Source: a virus
DNA: 64,000 nucleotides
Direction: 5' to 3' (one strand)
IMG/VR virus record: IMGVR_UViG_3300042546_000155
Part shown: positions 9,262 to 18,865 of the stretch, one piece after another
How the letters are laid out: the number at the start of each line of letters is the position of its first letter
Position numbering within the stretch: position 1 is the stretch's first letter
Program-made: the position numbers and the translations under genes
Notes under the pieces: model-generated
Told to the model about the DNA's origin: nothing
Seen by the model: the letters and a program-made list of their open reading frames with translations, nothing else
The model's database searches: none

Positions 9262-11523
9262 TTAAACGATCCTATACTTATATTCACCTACCTGAACTTC
9301 TTCTTTTAGTGCCTTTGCTTTTGGATCAGTCATTGACATGGCTGGTGGTGGGGCAGAAGGCTTAGGAGCAGCCGGAGTTGATGATACTGAAGGAGGATTT
9401 GATAAATCCTTACCCATAGCAAAATCTTTACTCATGCCAGTTGGTGTCTGTGGGATACCAACCTTAGCAGCAGTTGAACTAATTCCTGTGGTTGAAGATG
9501 CAGGAGGTGCAGGCTGCTTAGAGATTGAAGTTGAACCAGGTGTAGTTGGTGAAGGTGTAGCAGCAGGTGCTGGTGTCTTACCAACAGATGTTACCTTTTG
9601 CTGTGAAGCAGGCACATACTTTTCAGCGCCCTTTGCAGGGTTTATGTTTGTCTGGAACTGCTTGCCCTTGAATGAGAACTGACCAGTTGATTTATTTCCT
9701 GATGTTTCAGCTTCTTTTCTAGCTGTGGAGAATGCCTGTCCAAATGACTTTGGTGCAGGGGTTGAAGTAGTTGCAGGCTTAGCAGCAGGTGCAGATAGTG
9801 TACCTGGCTCGGTTGTCTTAACTGGAGCAATCTTGCTTGGTAGTTCCTGATTACGAACAGAAGGAGCCAACTTGCCTCTTCTAGACATATCACCTACCAT
9901 TCCCTTCTGTGTATTATCATCTGTCTTTCTTGGTGTAGTAGCAGAACGATATCCTGCAACCTCACCCTTACCAGCATCAGTCTTACGGAACACTGGATTA
10001 CCAGGTTCAGTCTTACCAGAAGGTGTGACGATATCAGCAATAGCAGAAGCAGGACCAGCAGCCTTAGCAGCGACCTTTGCAACTGTACCAAGAGCAGAGC
10101 GACCAGCAGCCTTTGTAATAGCTGTATCACCTAGTCGAGAGTAAGTGAAAGCACCTGATCTACCAGCATCGGCAGCCTTTGTAGCAGTTACGCTATTACC
10201 ACCTCTTAGTGCAGGTAGCTTTGATGCACCTGTGTCAGCAGCACCGGCGCCAGAACCAGTAGTTGCAGGAAGCTTTGTTGTTGAAGATCCTGAAACGGCT
10301 GGTAGTCTATTACCACCTGATGGAACTAGTGAGGTTCCGGTCTTTGGTGAAGGACCAGTTGCTCTAGCAGTCTGTTGAGCGCCAAACTTTGCAGTTGATG
10401 TGCCAGATGTTTTTGCACTCATACCACGATAGAAGCGTGTTCCTTGCAATCTTTGTGGACCACTTGCTCTAGCAGGTCTAGCAATCTCTGTGGATGCTGG
10501 CTGATATGTAGGTGGAACGGCAGTTGCAACAGCTTCATCGACCGACTTACCAGTTTCCTGTGCGGCGTTAAAAGATGAATCTTCCTTCATGTGCTTGGCA
10601 CGAATCTTAGCGAGAATAGCACCTGCTACCTTCTTACCACGCTCCTCAGAACCATACTTCTCACCAGCCTTCTTAGCAATCTTAGAGAACTGCTTTCCTG
10701 ACTTACCAATGTCTTTACCAGCACGAGCAGCCTTGGCTGAATATGCGGCTTCATCAACCTGTTCTTCTTCTGCAATAGAAACGCCAGGAACTGGTGCCTT
10801 TGTTACTGCACCCTTGTTGGCAAATCTCTCTTGCTTGAACTCTTGAGGAGCAGTTACACCACCCTTGGCAATGTCTTTCTTTCTTGCAACCATTTCACGG
10901 AGTGCTTCTCTGATGCTTGCTGGCTTACCACCAACTGTAACATCACCGCCGCCCTGAACTGACGAATCTCTTGGGTCTTTGAAAGACTTAATTCTTTCTG
11001 GGTTTGTTGGCTTGACATGCTTTGCTGGTGTTGATGTAACATCACCGCCGCCCTGATATGAAGGATCCTTAGGATCGGCCATACCTTCTTTTAGCTTGCC
11101 AGCGAGTTTAGCAGCACGAAGACGAGAACCCCAAACTTCGTCCTTTGGTGACTCGACCTTACCGTCTTTGTCATAATCCTTGTCGGCCTTTTCTTCTTTT
11201 GTTAGTTCACGAGCAGTTCTCTTTGGTGACTGTCCTGGGAAGCCGCCCATCTTTTTGATGTGCTCCATACCAGTCTTTTCTTCATGCTCTTTCTTCTTTT
11301 CTTTATTATCTCTATTGCCTTCTTTCATGCACTTATAGGCTTCTTCAAGGCGAGCATCATAAGCGGCTAGATTTTCACGAATGACTGCCTTGCGTGAATA
11401 AACGCCAAATTCTTCATTAACAAGGGCTTCTGCCTGACGACGAAGTTCACCGTCAGCCTGTGCTTGCTTGACTGCCTCGACAAGCGAATCAGTCTTCTTG
11501 GTATTAAACTTGTTCTCAAACAT
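9262..11523 (-). CDS. Large low-complexity probable capsid-internal protein
   Basis: Many (L/I/V/M)xE sites, duplicated DPxDxSxQGGGDVT, Pro/Ala/Thr-rich C-terminal half, CTAAATA upstream (11563-11569). Confidence 0.6.
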   Translation of the reverse strand: MFENKFNTKKTDSLVEAVKQAQADGELRRQAEALVNEEFGVYSRKAVIRENLAAYDARLEEAYKCMKEGNRDNKEKKKEHEEKTGMEHIKKMGGFPGQSPKRTARELTKEEKADKDYDKDGKVESPKDEVWGSRLRAAKLAGKLKEGMADPKDPSYQGGGDVTSTPAKHVKPTNPERIKSFKDPRDSSVQGGGDVTVGGKPASIREALREMVARKKDIAKGGVTAPQEFKQERFANKGAVTKAPVPGVSIAEEEQVDEAAYSAKAARAGKDIGKSGKQFSKIAKKAGEKYGSEERGKKVAGAILAKIRAKHMKEDSSFNAAQETGKSVDEAVATAVPPTYQPASTEIARPARASGPQRLQGTRFYRGMSAKTSGTSTAKFGAQQTARATGPSPKTGTSLVPSGGNRLPAVSGSSTTKLPATTGSGAGAADTGASKLPALRGGNSVTATKAADAGRSGAFTYSRLGDTAITKAAGRSALGTVAKVAAKAAGPASAIADIVTPSGKTEPGNPVFRKTDAGKGEVAGYRSATTPRKTDDNTQKGMVGDMSRRGKLAPSVRNQELPSKIAPVKTTEPGTLSAPAAKPATTSTPAPKSFGQAFSTARKEAETSGNKSTGQFSFKGKQFQTNINPAKGAEKYVPASQQKVTSVGKTPAPAATPSPTTPGSTSISKQPAPPASSTTGISSTAAKVGIPQTPTGMSKDFAMGKDLSNPPSVSSTPAAPKPSAPPPAMSMTDPKAKALKEEVQVGEYKYRIV

Positions 11524-11524
11524 T

Positions 11525-13573
11525 TTAGTTTCCTTTTAATTTGTTAACATAGCTATTGCTAGTATTTAGTTTTTTTCTTCCGAATATCTTTTGCTTCTCA
11601 AACTCTGCATTTGGATCTTGTCTAACATTATCAATCTGACCGGAGTTAGGTGTAGCACCCATAGAACCGTCAAATGGATCCGTTAAACTTTCTTTTTTCA
11701 GTTTGGCGACAGTCTCTTTTAGTTTCTGTTCGCCCAACTGACCATACTTTTGCTTAAATCTCTTTCTGGTTTCTTCTTTCACCATCCATCTATCAATCTG
11801 TCTATCAATACCGAGTAGGTCAATAGACTGATTATCACCAAAACCAGGACCTTTAGGAAGACCAATTTCAGGTCCAATTCTATCGCCGCCGATAGGTGCA
11901 CCTGATGGACTTCTAACTGTCTTTTCTTCTTTCTTCATCTTTTTGTTTTTAAATTTCTGTGTCAATGTCAAAACTTTCATAGGTTGAAACCCGATATCTT
12001 GACCGGGCGTGTCTTTCTGGTATCTGGAAGTTAGTTTAGATGTGCCCCAATTACCAGCGCCACCAACTAATATCTTTCTATTGTTCTTGGAGAAATCTGT
12101 ATGATTTTCATTAATCATACGCTCAAAGTTATAGTCTGTTTCTCCAAGACTGAAATTGTGTAATGCCTTTTTGAGAAAATGTAGATTGTTTCTATGTTCT
12201 TCTGTAAGAGCGGCTGCACTATTGTCAATGACATAACAATTCTCGAATAGTTGTAAATACTCTACAGTGTTTACCTGTGCAGATTGCCACTTGCTGAAAC
12301 GAGTATTCTCATTGATGACACGAGCGCCAGTTAATGCTCTTGCTTCATTGCGTTGCTTAGAAACTTCGTTAGATGTATTAACAAATACCATCATGGTCTT
12401 ATAACCACGACTTTCTAAAATGTTTTTGATTTGATTTGTCTGTTCGTAATTAGACATTGTGCCATTGACGACAATGCCTTCTCCATTAACATTATACTTT
12501 GTGAAATTCTCTTGTGAGACTTCTTTATATCCGAGTGGTGCAATTGCTTCTTTTAGTATTCTATCTTTTCCTGACCCTGGCACACCACCTAGTAATATTG
12601 CTTTGTGTTCTAGCACATAGTTCATATCAAAGTAGAAAGGATTCTCTCTACCAAAATATCTCATTACCTTTCCAGCCTCTGAGTTTGCTTCGTTCTCAAT
12701 ATCAGAACCAGTTGCTCCCTCTTTGGCAATATCTTTACCTAGTCTACCATCTTCATTCTGCTTATGATGCACCAACTCATGTGCTACAGTTCTAAAGATG
12801 TCCATAGGATGACGGTTCTTTGTATAGACCATCAGTGTCTTTGAATGTGGTGCATATCCACCGAACGATGGTTGTCCATCTCCCTTGTCATCTTTATATT
12901 CGATGACAGGCTTTTCTTTAACATTTAATTGCTTACAAGTAAAGTCAATGAATGAATGTAGAAGCTTATCGAACTCCTTACGAGACATTCCCTTTTCTTC
13001 TAGCAATGTGAATTGTTCTTGGAGATTTGCTTTAGCGGCATTAAAAATCTTACGAGCAAGCAACTTGTCTTTTGCCGCTGATGCCTTAGCGAATGTGGAG
13101 AAATCGCCCTTGCGGACTGCTGCTCTTAGTGCGGTACCAGAGATACCTTCTTTGCGTCCACCAGATGATACAACCTGAAATTTCTTGAATGGATAATGAA
13201 TCTTGGGGTTGAAGTCTTTAGCCGTCTTTGGCTTTACATACTTGCCTAGTTGCGATTTAAAATCTGCTACACGATCTTCACCAACGACAAATGTTACATC
13301 TTCGTAACCTTCATCTGACAATTTCTTACAAATGATGAATGCAGTCTTCATATTTGGATCATCAACGAAATTGACGCCAGGCATTATCTGACGAAGAAAC
13401 GCCATCTTCTGTTTTGGTGGTAGAGGATTCTTTTTGGGATCGTGAGATTGTGAGGTATAGATACGATGATCAGCACCTGTTCTATGTGCTAATCTAACCG
13501 CATAATTGATTAGTTCTGCGTGACCCGTGGTTGGCGGATTATATCGGCCAAATGTAAATACAATTTTCTTCAT
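11525..13573 (-). CDS. Fusion of cytidylyl/adenylyltransferase (HIGH-type), zincin metallopeptidase and P-loop kinase domains
   Basis: FGRYNPPTTGH and ISGTALR; AHELVHH...E; LLGGVPGSGKD...RNxxR. Confidence 0.8.
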   Translation of the reverse strand: MKKIVFTFGRYNPPTTGHAELINYAVRLAHRTGADHRIYTSQSHDPKKNPLPPKQKMAFLRQIMPGVNFVDDPNMKTAFIICKKLSDEGYEDVTFVVGEDRVADFKSQLGKYVKPKTAKDFNPKIHYPFKKFQVVSSGGRKEGISGTALRAAVRKGDFSTFAKASAAKDKLLARKIFNAAKANLQEQFTLLEEKGMSRKEFDKLLHSFIDFTCKQLNVKEKPVIEYKDDKGDGQPSFGGYAPHSKTLMVYTKNRHPMDIFRTVAHELVHHKQNEDGRLGKDIAKEGATGSDIENEANSEAGKVMRYFGRENPFYFDMNYVLEHKAILLGGVPGSGKDRILKEAIAPLGYKEVSQENFTKYNVNGEGIVVNGTMSNYEQTNQIKNILESRGYKTMMVFVNTSNEVSKQRNEARALTGARVINENTRFSKWQSAQVNTVEYLQLFENCYVIDNSAAALTEEHRNNLHFLKKALHNFSLGETDYNFERMINENHTDFSKNNRKILVGGAGNWGTSKLTSRYQKDTPGQDIGFQPMKVLTLTQKFKNKKMKKEEKTVRSPSGAPIGGDRIGPEIGLPKGPGFGDNQSIDLLGIDRQIDRWMVKEETRKRFKQKYGQLGEQKLKETVAKLKKESLTDPFDGSMGATPNSGQIDNVRQDPNAEFEKQKIFGRKKLNTSNSYVNKLKGN

Positions 13574-13599
13574 TTATTCCCTCTACAGGATTATTATAC

Positions 13600-13607
13600 T
13601 ATTTATA
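13600..13607 (-). promoter_or_regulatory. T4-type late promoter TATAAATA
   Basis: Exact match just upstream of 11525..13573. Confidence 0.7.
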
Positions 13608-13691
13608 CTTTTTCTTATCTCTAGCCTGCTTGACGATCTTTTTAATCGTCTTAATTACCGGCACAGGCTTTGGTGTCGGTTTATCTGTCAT

Positions 13692-14933
13692 TTATCTTCC
13701 CCAATTCTTGACAGCTAAGAAGTTAGCACGGCTAAACTCTAATCTATCAACTAGCTTAACAGCATCACCACCAGTTGACCAAGCGGCAACATAGCCCTCA
13801 GGAGTTGTTACCTTATAGCCACCATCAGCGGTATGTAAGAATGTGCCAAGATCGTTCACCATGTTAAACTTAGCAATCAATAGCATCTTGGCATCTATCA
13901 GTAGGTTTTGCAACTGAAAGATTTTCTTTAGATCAGATGCATGTTGACGGTACCAACGAAGAACCATATCACGCTCTGCCTTACGCTTTGCTTTGGTTGC
14001 TGGTAGTTTGGCATCATCAACGCCCTTTTGATATTTATCCCCAACCCACTTTATTAGTGCAGCCGTATGACCAGCGCCCATATGTTCACCAGCACGGACA
14101 CGCTGATTATAGAATGACATGATATGGATTCTATATGTGTCGTTGGTTGCAATCTGATTTAATAGTGAGGAAGGAATGGTTCTGAATACTGAACCAGCTT
14201 GGGAAAGAATGCCTGTTAGTTTAGCGTTCTCTGCCTTTGTGAGGGTAGCACGACCAGTAACATCAAGAAACTTGTTAGAACGATACCATACATTGCGTGA
14301 TGGTCTAAAGTTATTGACATTGATATCAAAATGTGTTTGTAGTGTCTGCATTGTCTTACCATGATATGTGGTGTGAAAGACAATACCAATCTTGGCTGCT
14401 TGAACTTGCTGTGCTATTCTAGAACCAGCGGGAACAGCGTATGTGATTGTGTTAGGACGAAATGTGATATAGCTCTTACCATCGATTGTTTCTGACTTAA
14501 GATCAGATTTAGAGAACATGAAATCGCCATGAACGATACCGGTGATACCTAGTTCAGGCAAATACTTTAGTGCATCTGATAATTTATCGGCAAGACCACC
14601 AGAGTGATTTGCTCTAACATCTGCTTCGGTATAATTCAACTTTGCATTCTTAGCAAAGATAGACTTAGAGCCGACAAAGAACTTACCATTCTCTGGATTG
14701 ATACCAGCATAGATGGCAGGTGCGCCGTCAAACTTTGTTCTAAGAATAAGAGAACCTGGTGCCTCTGATAATGTCTGCCCATCATCGGCAAACATATCTC
14801 TTAGAGCAATAAGAAACTTGATAGCATTGCGAGTGCCTGTAACACCGCCTTCTAGAACAGCATCCTCAATATGTGTAAGATGACGGTCTTTTTCTGCGGC
14901 TGCTTCTGTTAGATAGTCTGATAGTCTAATCAT
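13692..14933 (-). CDS. Conserved T4-like protein (DUF6267-like) with ligase/nucleotidyltransferase motifs
   Basis: KFDG (motif I), HGDF (III), EGYV (IV), VKLV (V); N-terminus MIRLSDYLTE. Confidence 0.7.
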   Translation of the reverse strand: MIRLSDYLTEAAAEKDRHLTHIEDAVLEGGVTGTRNAIKFLIALRDMFADDGQTLSEAPGSLILRTKFDGAPAIYAGINPENGKFFVGSKSIFAKNAKLNYTEADVRANHSGGLADKLSDALKYLPELGITGIVHGDFMFSKSDLKSETIDGKSYITFRPNTITYAVPAGSRIAQQVQAAKIGIVFHTTYHGKTMQTLQTHFDINVNNFRPSRNVWYRSNKFLDVTGRATLTKAENAKLTGILSQAGSVFRTIPSSLLNQIATNDTYRIHIMSFYNQRVRAGEHMGAGHTAALIKWVGDKYQKGVDDAKLPATKAKRKAERDMVLRWYRQHASDLKKIFQLQNLLIDAKMLLIAKFNMVNDLGTFLHTADGGYKVTTPEGYVAAWSTGGDAVKLVDRLEFSRANFLAVKNWGR

Positions 14934-14980
14934 GGTTCCTCAGGGTATTATTTACTTATATATTTAGTTGTGTTATAAAT

Positions 14981-15739
14981 ATGCGAAAGGAGTCTTACAT
15001 GAGTGCTGCATCCGATCTATTCGAGGCAAATATTGCTAAATCGATTAACTCTGTCAAGGGTGTAACAGCCGTTAGACCTACTGCCGACACGGCTCTATCC
15101 GATGTTCAAATAACCAAGTTCAACAACAAGCCAGTAAAAGGTGTTTGGGTTGAAGTCAAGATGAACCACACAGACAATCTATCCAATCCTCGTGTGTTCT
15201 ATGCTGATAAGAAGTGGCAAACAACATATAAAACTCCTACCGCTAAGGCTGCTGTTGATATTCTAAACGAATCAGCACAAGCAAAGAAATTTGTTCGTGA
15301 TATTGCTAAGTATGCTGGCATACCAGTAGCAAAAGTTATCATTCCTACCAACAAGGGCATGTTATCTGATCCTAACGCTGTGCCTCTAGAAGTTATGAGA
15401 GAATACTTTGAGCAGCCAGGTATCAATCGATATATTGCTAACAAAGAAAACTCACCTCTAGGTGAACTTGTCACCGCACATTACACACAGGGCAAAAAAG
15501 AACCCGCCTACTACATGCAGGCGGGCGATGATTTTTATCTTATATCAAAAGCAAACCCACTAGGCCTTTCAAAGACGATTCCATTATTGTCTGGCAGAGG
15601 TGACTTTAAGGTTCGTGTTTCTACTCGTTCTGAATACTATGAAGTGCAGGCAGAGATTAAAATTAAAAACATGCCTGCAAGTCAGTATTCAATTAGACCA
15701 GGAACATCAAAGAAGAATCCCTTTCTTTTGAAAGGCTAG
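14981..15739 (+). CDS. Putative PD-(D/E)xK nuclease on the opposite strand
   Basis: FE...SDV...VEVK; TATAAATA at 14974-14981; probable start ATG 14999 after AAGGAG. Confidence 0.55.
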   Translation: MRKESYMSAASDLFEANIAKSINSVKGVTAVRPTADTALSDVQITKFNNKPVKGVWVEVKMNHTDNLSNPRVFYADKKWQTTYKTPTAKAAVDILNESAQAKKFVRDIAKYAGIPVAKVIIPTNKGMLSDPNAVPLEVMREYFEQPGINRYIANKENSPLGELVTAHYTQGKKEPAYYMQAGDDFYLISKANPLGLSKTIPLLSGRGDFKVRVSTRSEYYEVQAEIKIKNMPASQYSIRPGTSKKNPFLLKG

Positions 15740-16374
15740 GCTTCTTCAAGAAACCTGATTAGGTCATCAGGCTTGAGCATGATGAACTTCTCATTGCCAT
15801 ACTTCTTTCGGACTTTATCGGCCACTCTTTTGTTTGCCTCTTTTTCGCTTGCTTGTTTCATTAAGACAGCCGAACTTTTAGTGGATGCCACCTCTCTTTT
15901 CAAATCTTCAATCTCTTTCTCATACTTTGCCTTATTAGTAGGCTGAAAGTGTTCTTGAAATCCTAACCAAAACTCACGAATGGCCTGCTCTCTACCGATA
16001 CTCTGCGGAATAGTAAGGTCACCAGTTTCAATATCAATACTAATCCTACCTACTTTAGTTTCAATAGAGATAACACTTGTTGGTGGAGTATGAAATGCAT
16101 ATGATTGACCCTTACCTACTGATAGATTACCATTATTAGAGATTGATGCCATAGGAATATTTCCTGCAACAGCGGTTTTAGAAGTAGTATCTACCCAACC
16201 GTTTTGGGTATATACAAAAATCTCGCCGCTGGTATCATCTTGCCACAAATCACCGAATGATGGATTAGAAGGTGGAGTTGAACTATTGTTATAAGAAGGC
16301 ATTGCTTGTCCCATGCCCATACCGGCGGCCGATACGCCTGTTGAATAACCTTTATTAGATTTAGTAATAGCCAT
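15736..16374 (-). CDS. Hypothetical protein with fibre-like PxxPxxGDLW motif
   Basis: TPPSNPSFGDLWQDDTSGEIFVYTQNGW. Confidence 0.6.
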   Translation of the reverse strand: MAITKSNKGYSTGVSAAGMGMGQAMPSYNNSSTPPSNPSFGDLWQDDTSGEIFVYTQNGWVDTTSKTAVAGNIPMASISNNGNLSVGKGQSYAFHTPPTSVISIETKVGRISIDIETGDLTIPQSIGREQAIREFWLGFQEHFQPTNKAKYEKEIEDLKREVASTKSSAVLMKQASEKEANKRVADKVRKKYGNEKFIMLKPDDLIRFLEEA

Positions 16375-16664
16375 TATTCATGCACCTCAAAGACATGCCA
16401 AACAAGAGTAGTCATACCTTTCTGCTGGACTGTGCCGATATACTCATAGTGCTTCTTATCATAGTCAGCCATTTCATAGCCAGTACCAAAGACATGAAAG
16501 ATATACTTTCGTGTTTCTTTCTTAGGATTTACGACGGCCCAGATCATAGGGAATCCACCCTGTTCCTGGACCGTCAAAATCTTAGCTGCCTTGGGCATTT
16601 CAACTTCATACACCGCATTGTGATGGATATCCATACCAAGCGGATACTTATAGATCATCTTCAT
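16374..16664 (-). CDS. Hypothetical phage protein
   Basis: MKMIYKYPL...GTG...YIGTVQ...LVWHVFE. Confidence 0.65.
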   Translation of the reverse strand: MKMIYKYPLGMDIHHNAVYEVEMPKAAKILTVQEQGGFPMIWAVVNPKKETRKYIFHVFGTGYEMADYDKKHYEYIGTVQQKGMTTLVWHVFEVHE

Positions 16665-16681
16665 AACAAAAACTCCAATGT

Positions 16682-17344
16682 TTAGCCGACTCGTGCAGCC
16701 TGGAAATGCATACCGTCGCCACGGGTCCATTCACCACCCCATGTCCAACCTTCTTCACGGAAAGCCTTAACGATTAGTGAATCCTCAGTGAATGAATACT
16801 TGTTATACCCAGGCTTTCTGCCAAGAGCATTGTATGGTGCAGCGATATCAATTGCAACACCAAATGCATGGGTAGATAGAGAATGTCCACCACGCATGTT
16901 ACGAATGTTCCATGAGCCAGAAAAGATGTGTAGCTGTTGAGCCTTGATCTTGTCATAGTCTCTGCCGTTCTCGTCCCACACATATGTTAGAACACGGATA
17001 AGAGAATCGGAACAAGACTTATTCATCCAGCACTTGGTGATCTTTATATCATCCATCCACATGGTATATGGAAGCTGGACTTGTACCATATTCTTCTTAA
17101 ATGTTCCACCGTAATCAGGTGTACCAAACTTCTTACGCAATTCTGACTGTAGTGGCCAAACATTCTTCTTTAGCTTACCAACTGTTGGAACCTTAGCATC
17201 CGCTACTGTATTGGTAACATCAACGAACTTTGTTTCATCAGCCTCTTTTACAGCGACCTGTGTAGTGTAAACCTTACCATCGTAAATGAATGTATCTTTG
17301 CCCGCCTTTCGTGCAGCGGCAAATGCCTCTTTAAATGTAGCCAT
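16682..17344 (-). CDS. Endolysin, M15-family Zn peptidase
   Basis: R...STHAFGVAID...WGGEW...DGMHFQ. Confidence 0.85.
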   Translation of the reverse strand: MATFKEAFAAARKAGKDTFIYDGKVYTTQVAVKEADETKFVDVTNTVADAKVPTVGKLKKNVWPLQSELRKKFGTPDYGGTFKKNMVQVQLPYTMWMDDIKITKCWMNKSCSDSLIRVLTYVWDENGRDYDKIKAQQLHIFSGSWNIRNMRGGHSLSTHAFGVAIDIAAPYNALGRKPGYNKYSFTEDSLIVKAFREEGWTWGGEWTRGDGMHFQAARVG

Positions 17345-17467
17345 CGATTTCTCCTATTCTGTAATCGCAATCACTGATACCATTCTCAGTGTTATAGGTG
17401 ATAACATATTCACAACACCAATACTCACGATTTGATCTTGCTAGGTTTGCTATCCTATGAATATATA

Positions 17468-17917
17468 TCATTTCTTGTAATGTTTGCCGCAGGTCATTCG
17501 ATACCCACCATCTTCGGTGGGCCAACCACAGCCAGCGTCCTTATAGCAATCGGGTTCGTCACACATATGTAGAACATCTTTCAATGCATCATACTTGTTC
17601 TCCGCCACGATCTTTTTGATGTTGTCCATCTGTTCAATATCAAACTCGTTAGAGATAACCATACCACCATCTAGAAGCGGTGCATATGCCTCTGGTCCGA
17701 ATCCCATGCGACTATAGATTAGATAACGATAAGATCCACCGCTTTTTGCATGTTCTACGATATGGTTCATAGCCCAACGAGTAACAGCAATCTTCAACTC
17801 ATTAGGACATTCTTCGGCCATCTTATCTAGGTCATCATTATATTTCTCTATGAGTTTTCCTAGCTCTTGACTTGCTTCTAGCCAGGTCATCTTATCGTCA
17901 CTCATTTCTTGTCCCAC
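17468..17917 (-). CDS. Hypothetical protein with C-terminal Cys/His cluster
   Basis: CDEPDC...CGW...CGKH. Confidence 0.6.
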   Translation of the reverse strand: MGQEMSDDKMTWLEASQELGKLIEKYNDDLDKMAEECPNELKIAVTRWAMNHIVEHAKSGGSYRYLIYSRMGFGPEAYAPLLDGGMVISNEFDIEQMDNIKKIVAENKYDALKDVLHMCDEPDCYKDAGCGWPTEDGGYRMTCGKHYKK

Positions 17918-18315
17918 TTTGCTGCTTTGACACCTGCATATACCTCTACGCTATCCATAGCATAGTTTTTCATTTCTTCAAAATAGACCATATCATTTTT
18001 TACCAGTTCATGTATTAGTTTATTTGCAAGATTGTGTTTTACACTTTGCATGAGTGCGGTCTGATTTGATGCCATGTTAACATTATAATTAGGTATTGTT
18101 TCCCGTGCGGTAAAGGTATATGTTTCTTCTCTATCAAAGTTTCGGATATCTTGTAAGGGCAAATTATTTGGCATGTATGGTCTAGGTTCGATATCAACAC
18201 CAGCCTTTTTTAGATAGGCCTTACAGAAGGCAACACGGGTATTCTTATCAAAACACTTTTCAGCACCACGCTCAAATAGAGACTGTGCCAGTTTTTCTTC
18301 CATTGTCTCGTTCAT
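17902..18315 (-). CDS. Hypothetical phage protein
   Basis: ORF in co-oriented run. Confidence 0.55.
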   Translation of the reverse strand: MNETMEEKLAQSLFERGAEKCFDKNTRVAFCKAYLKKAGVDIEPRPYMPNNLPLQDIRNFDREETYTFTARETIPNYNVNMASNQTALMQSVKHNLANKLIHELVKNDMVYFEEMKNYAMDSVEVYAGVKAAKWDKK

Positions 18316-18716
18316 TGTAACACCTCAAAGATATAGTAGTTCACAGGATAATATACGCTATGATATCCATTTGCAGGAGTCCAGTAACTCGGCTGTTGTG
18401 TTTGCATCCGTGTAATGAACCTGAAAGGTTTTTGTTGTAAGTGATCAATATTCGTATGTGATGCAGCCACTACAAAATTACGAACAAGCGATATATCACC
18501 TTCTTCTAATAGAGACATAAAGATATTATCATCCCTAGAAAAGACATCCAATATCTGCGAGTTCTTTTTGGTTGTAACACCAATGGTACTACCAGAAACA
18601 AGACCGCTTATACCCGTCATAGGTCTTTCCATGATTTGCATTACCAAGTGACCTCCAATGTCGCATGTTTCGGACAATGACCACATTTGACCCAGTGTGT
18701 TATCTTGCGATCCCAA
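18312..18716 (-). CDS. Hypothetical phage protein
   Basis: ORF in run; true start probably near 18644. Confidence 0.5.
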   Translation of the reverse strand: MGSQDNTLGQMWSLSETCDIGGHLVMQIMERPMTGISGLVSGSTIGVTTKKNSQILDVFSRDDNIFMSLLEEGDISLVRNFVVAASHTNIDHLQQKPFRFITRMQTQQPSYWTPANGYHSVYYPVNYYIFEVLQ

Positions 18717-18865
18717 TGAACATCATCAGGAGCAATATTCATAAAACGAGCCCACGCTTCTGTTGCAGTTGTTCCAAAACTATTCATATGAGGATGCCAT
18801 GGTGACTTACTTTCATCGCCCCATGTATTGATAGGGGTGCAGATTACATATCCTTCGATCTTCAT
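18641..18865 (-). CDS. Hypothetical phage protein
   Basis: ORF coupled to the deaminase. Confidence 0.55.
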   Translation of the reverse strand: MKIEGYVICTPINTWGDESKSPWHPHMNSFGTTATEAWARFMNIAPDDVHWDRKITHWVKCGHCPKHATLEVTW

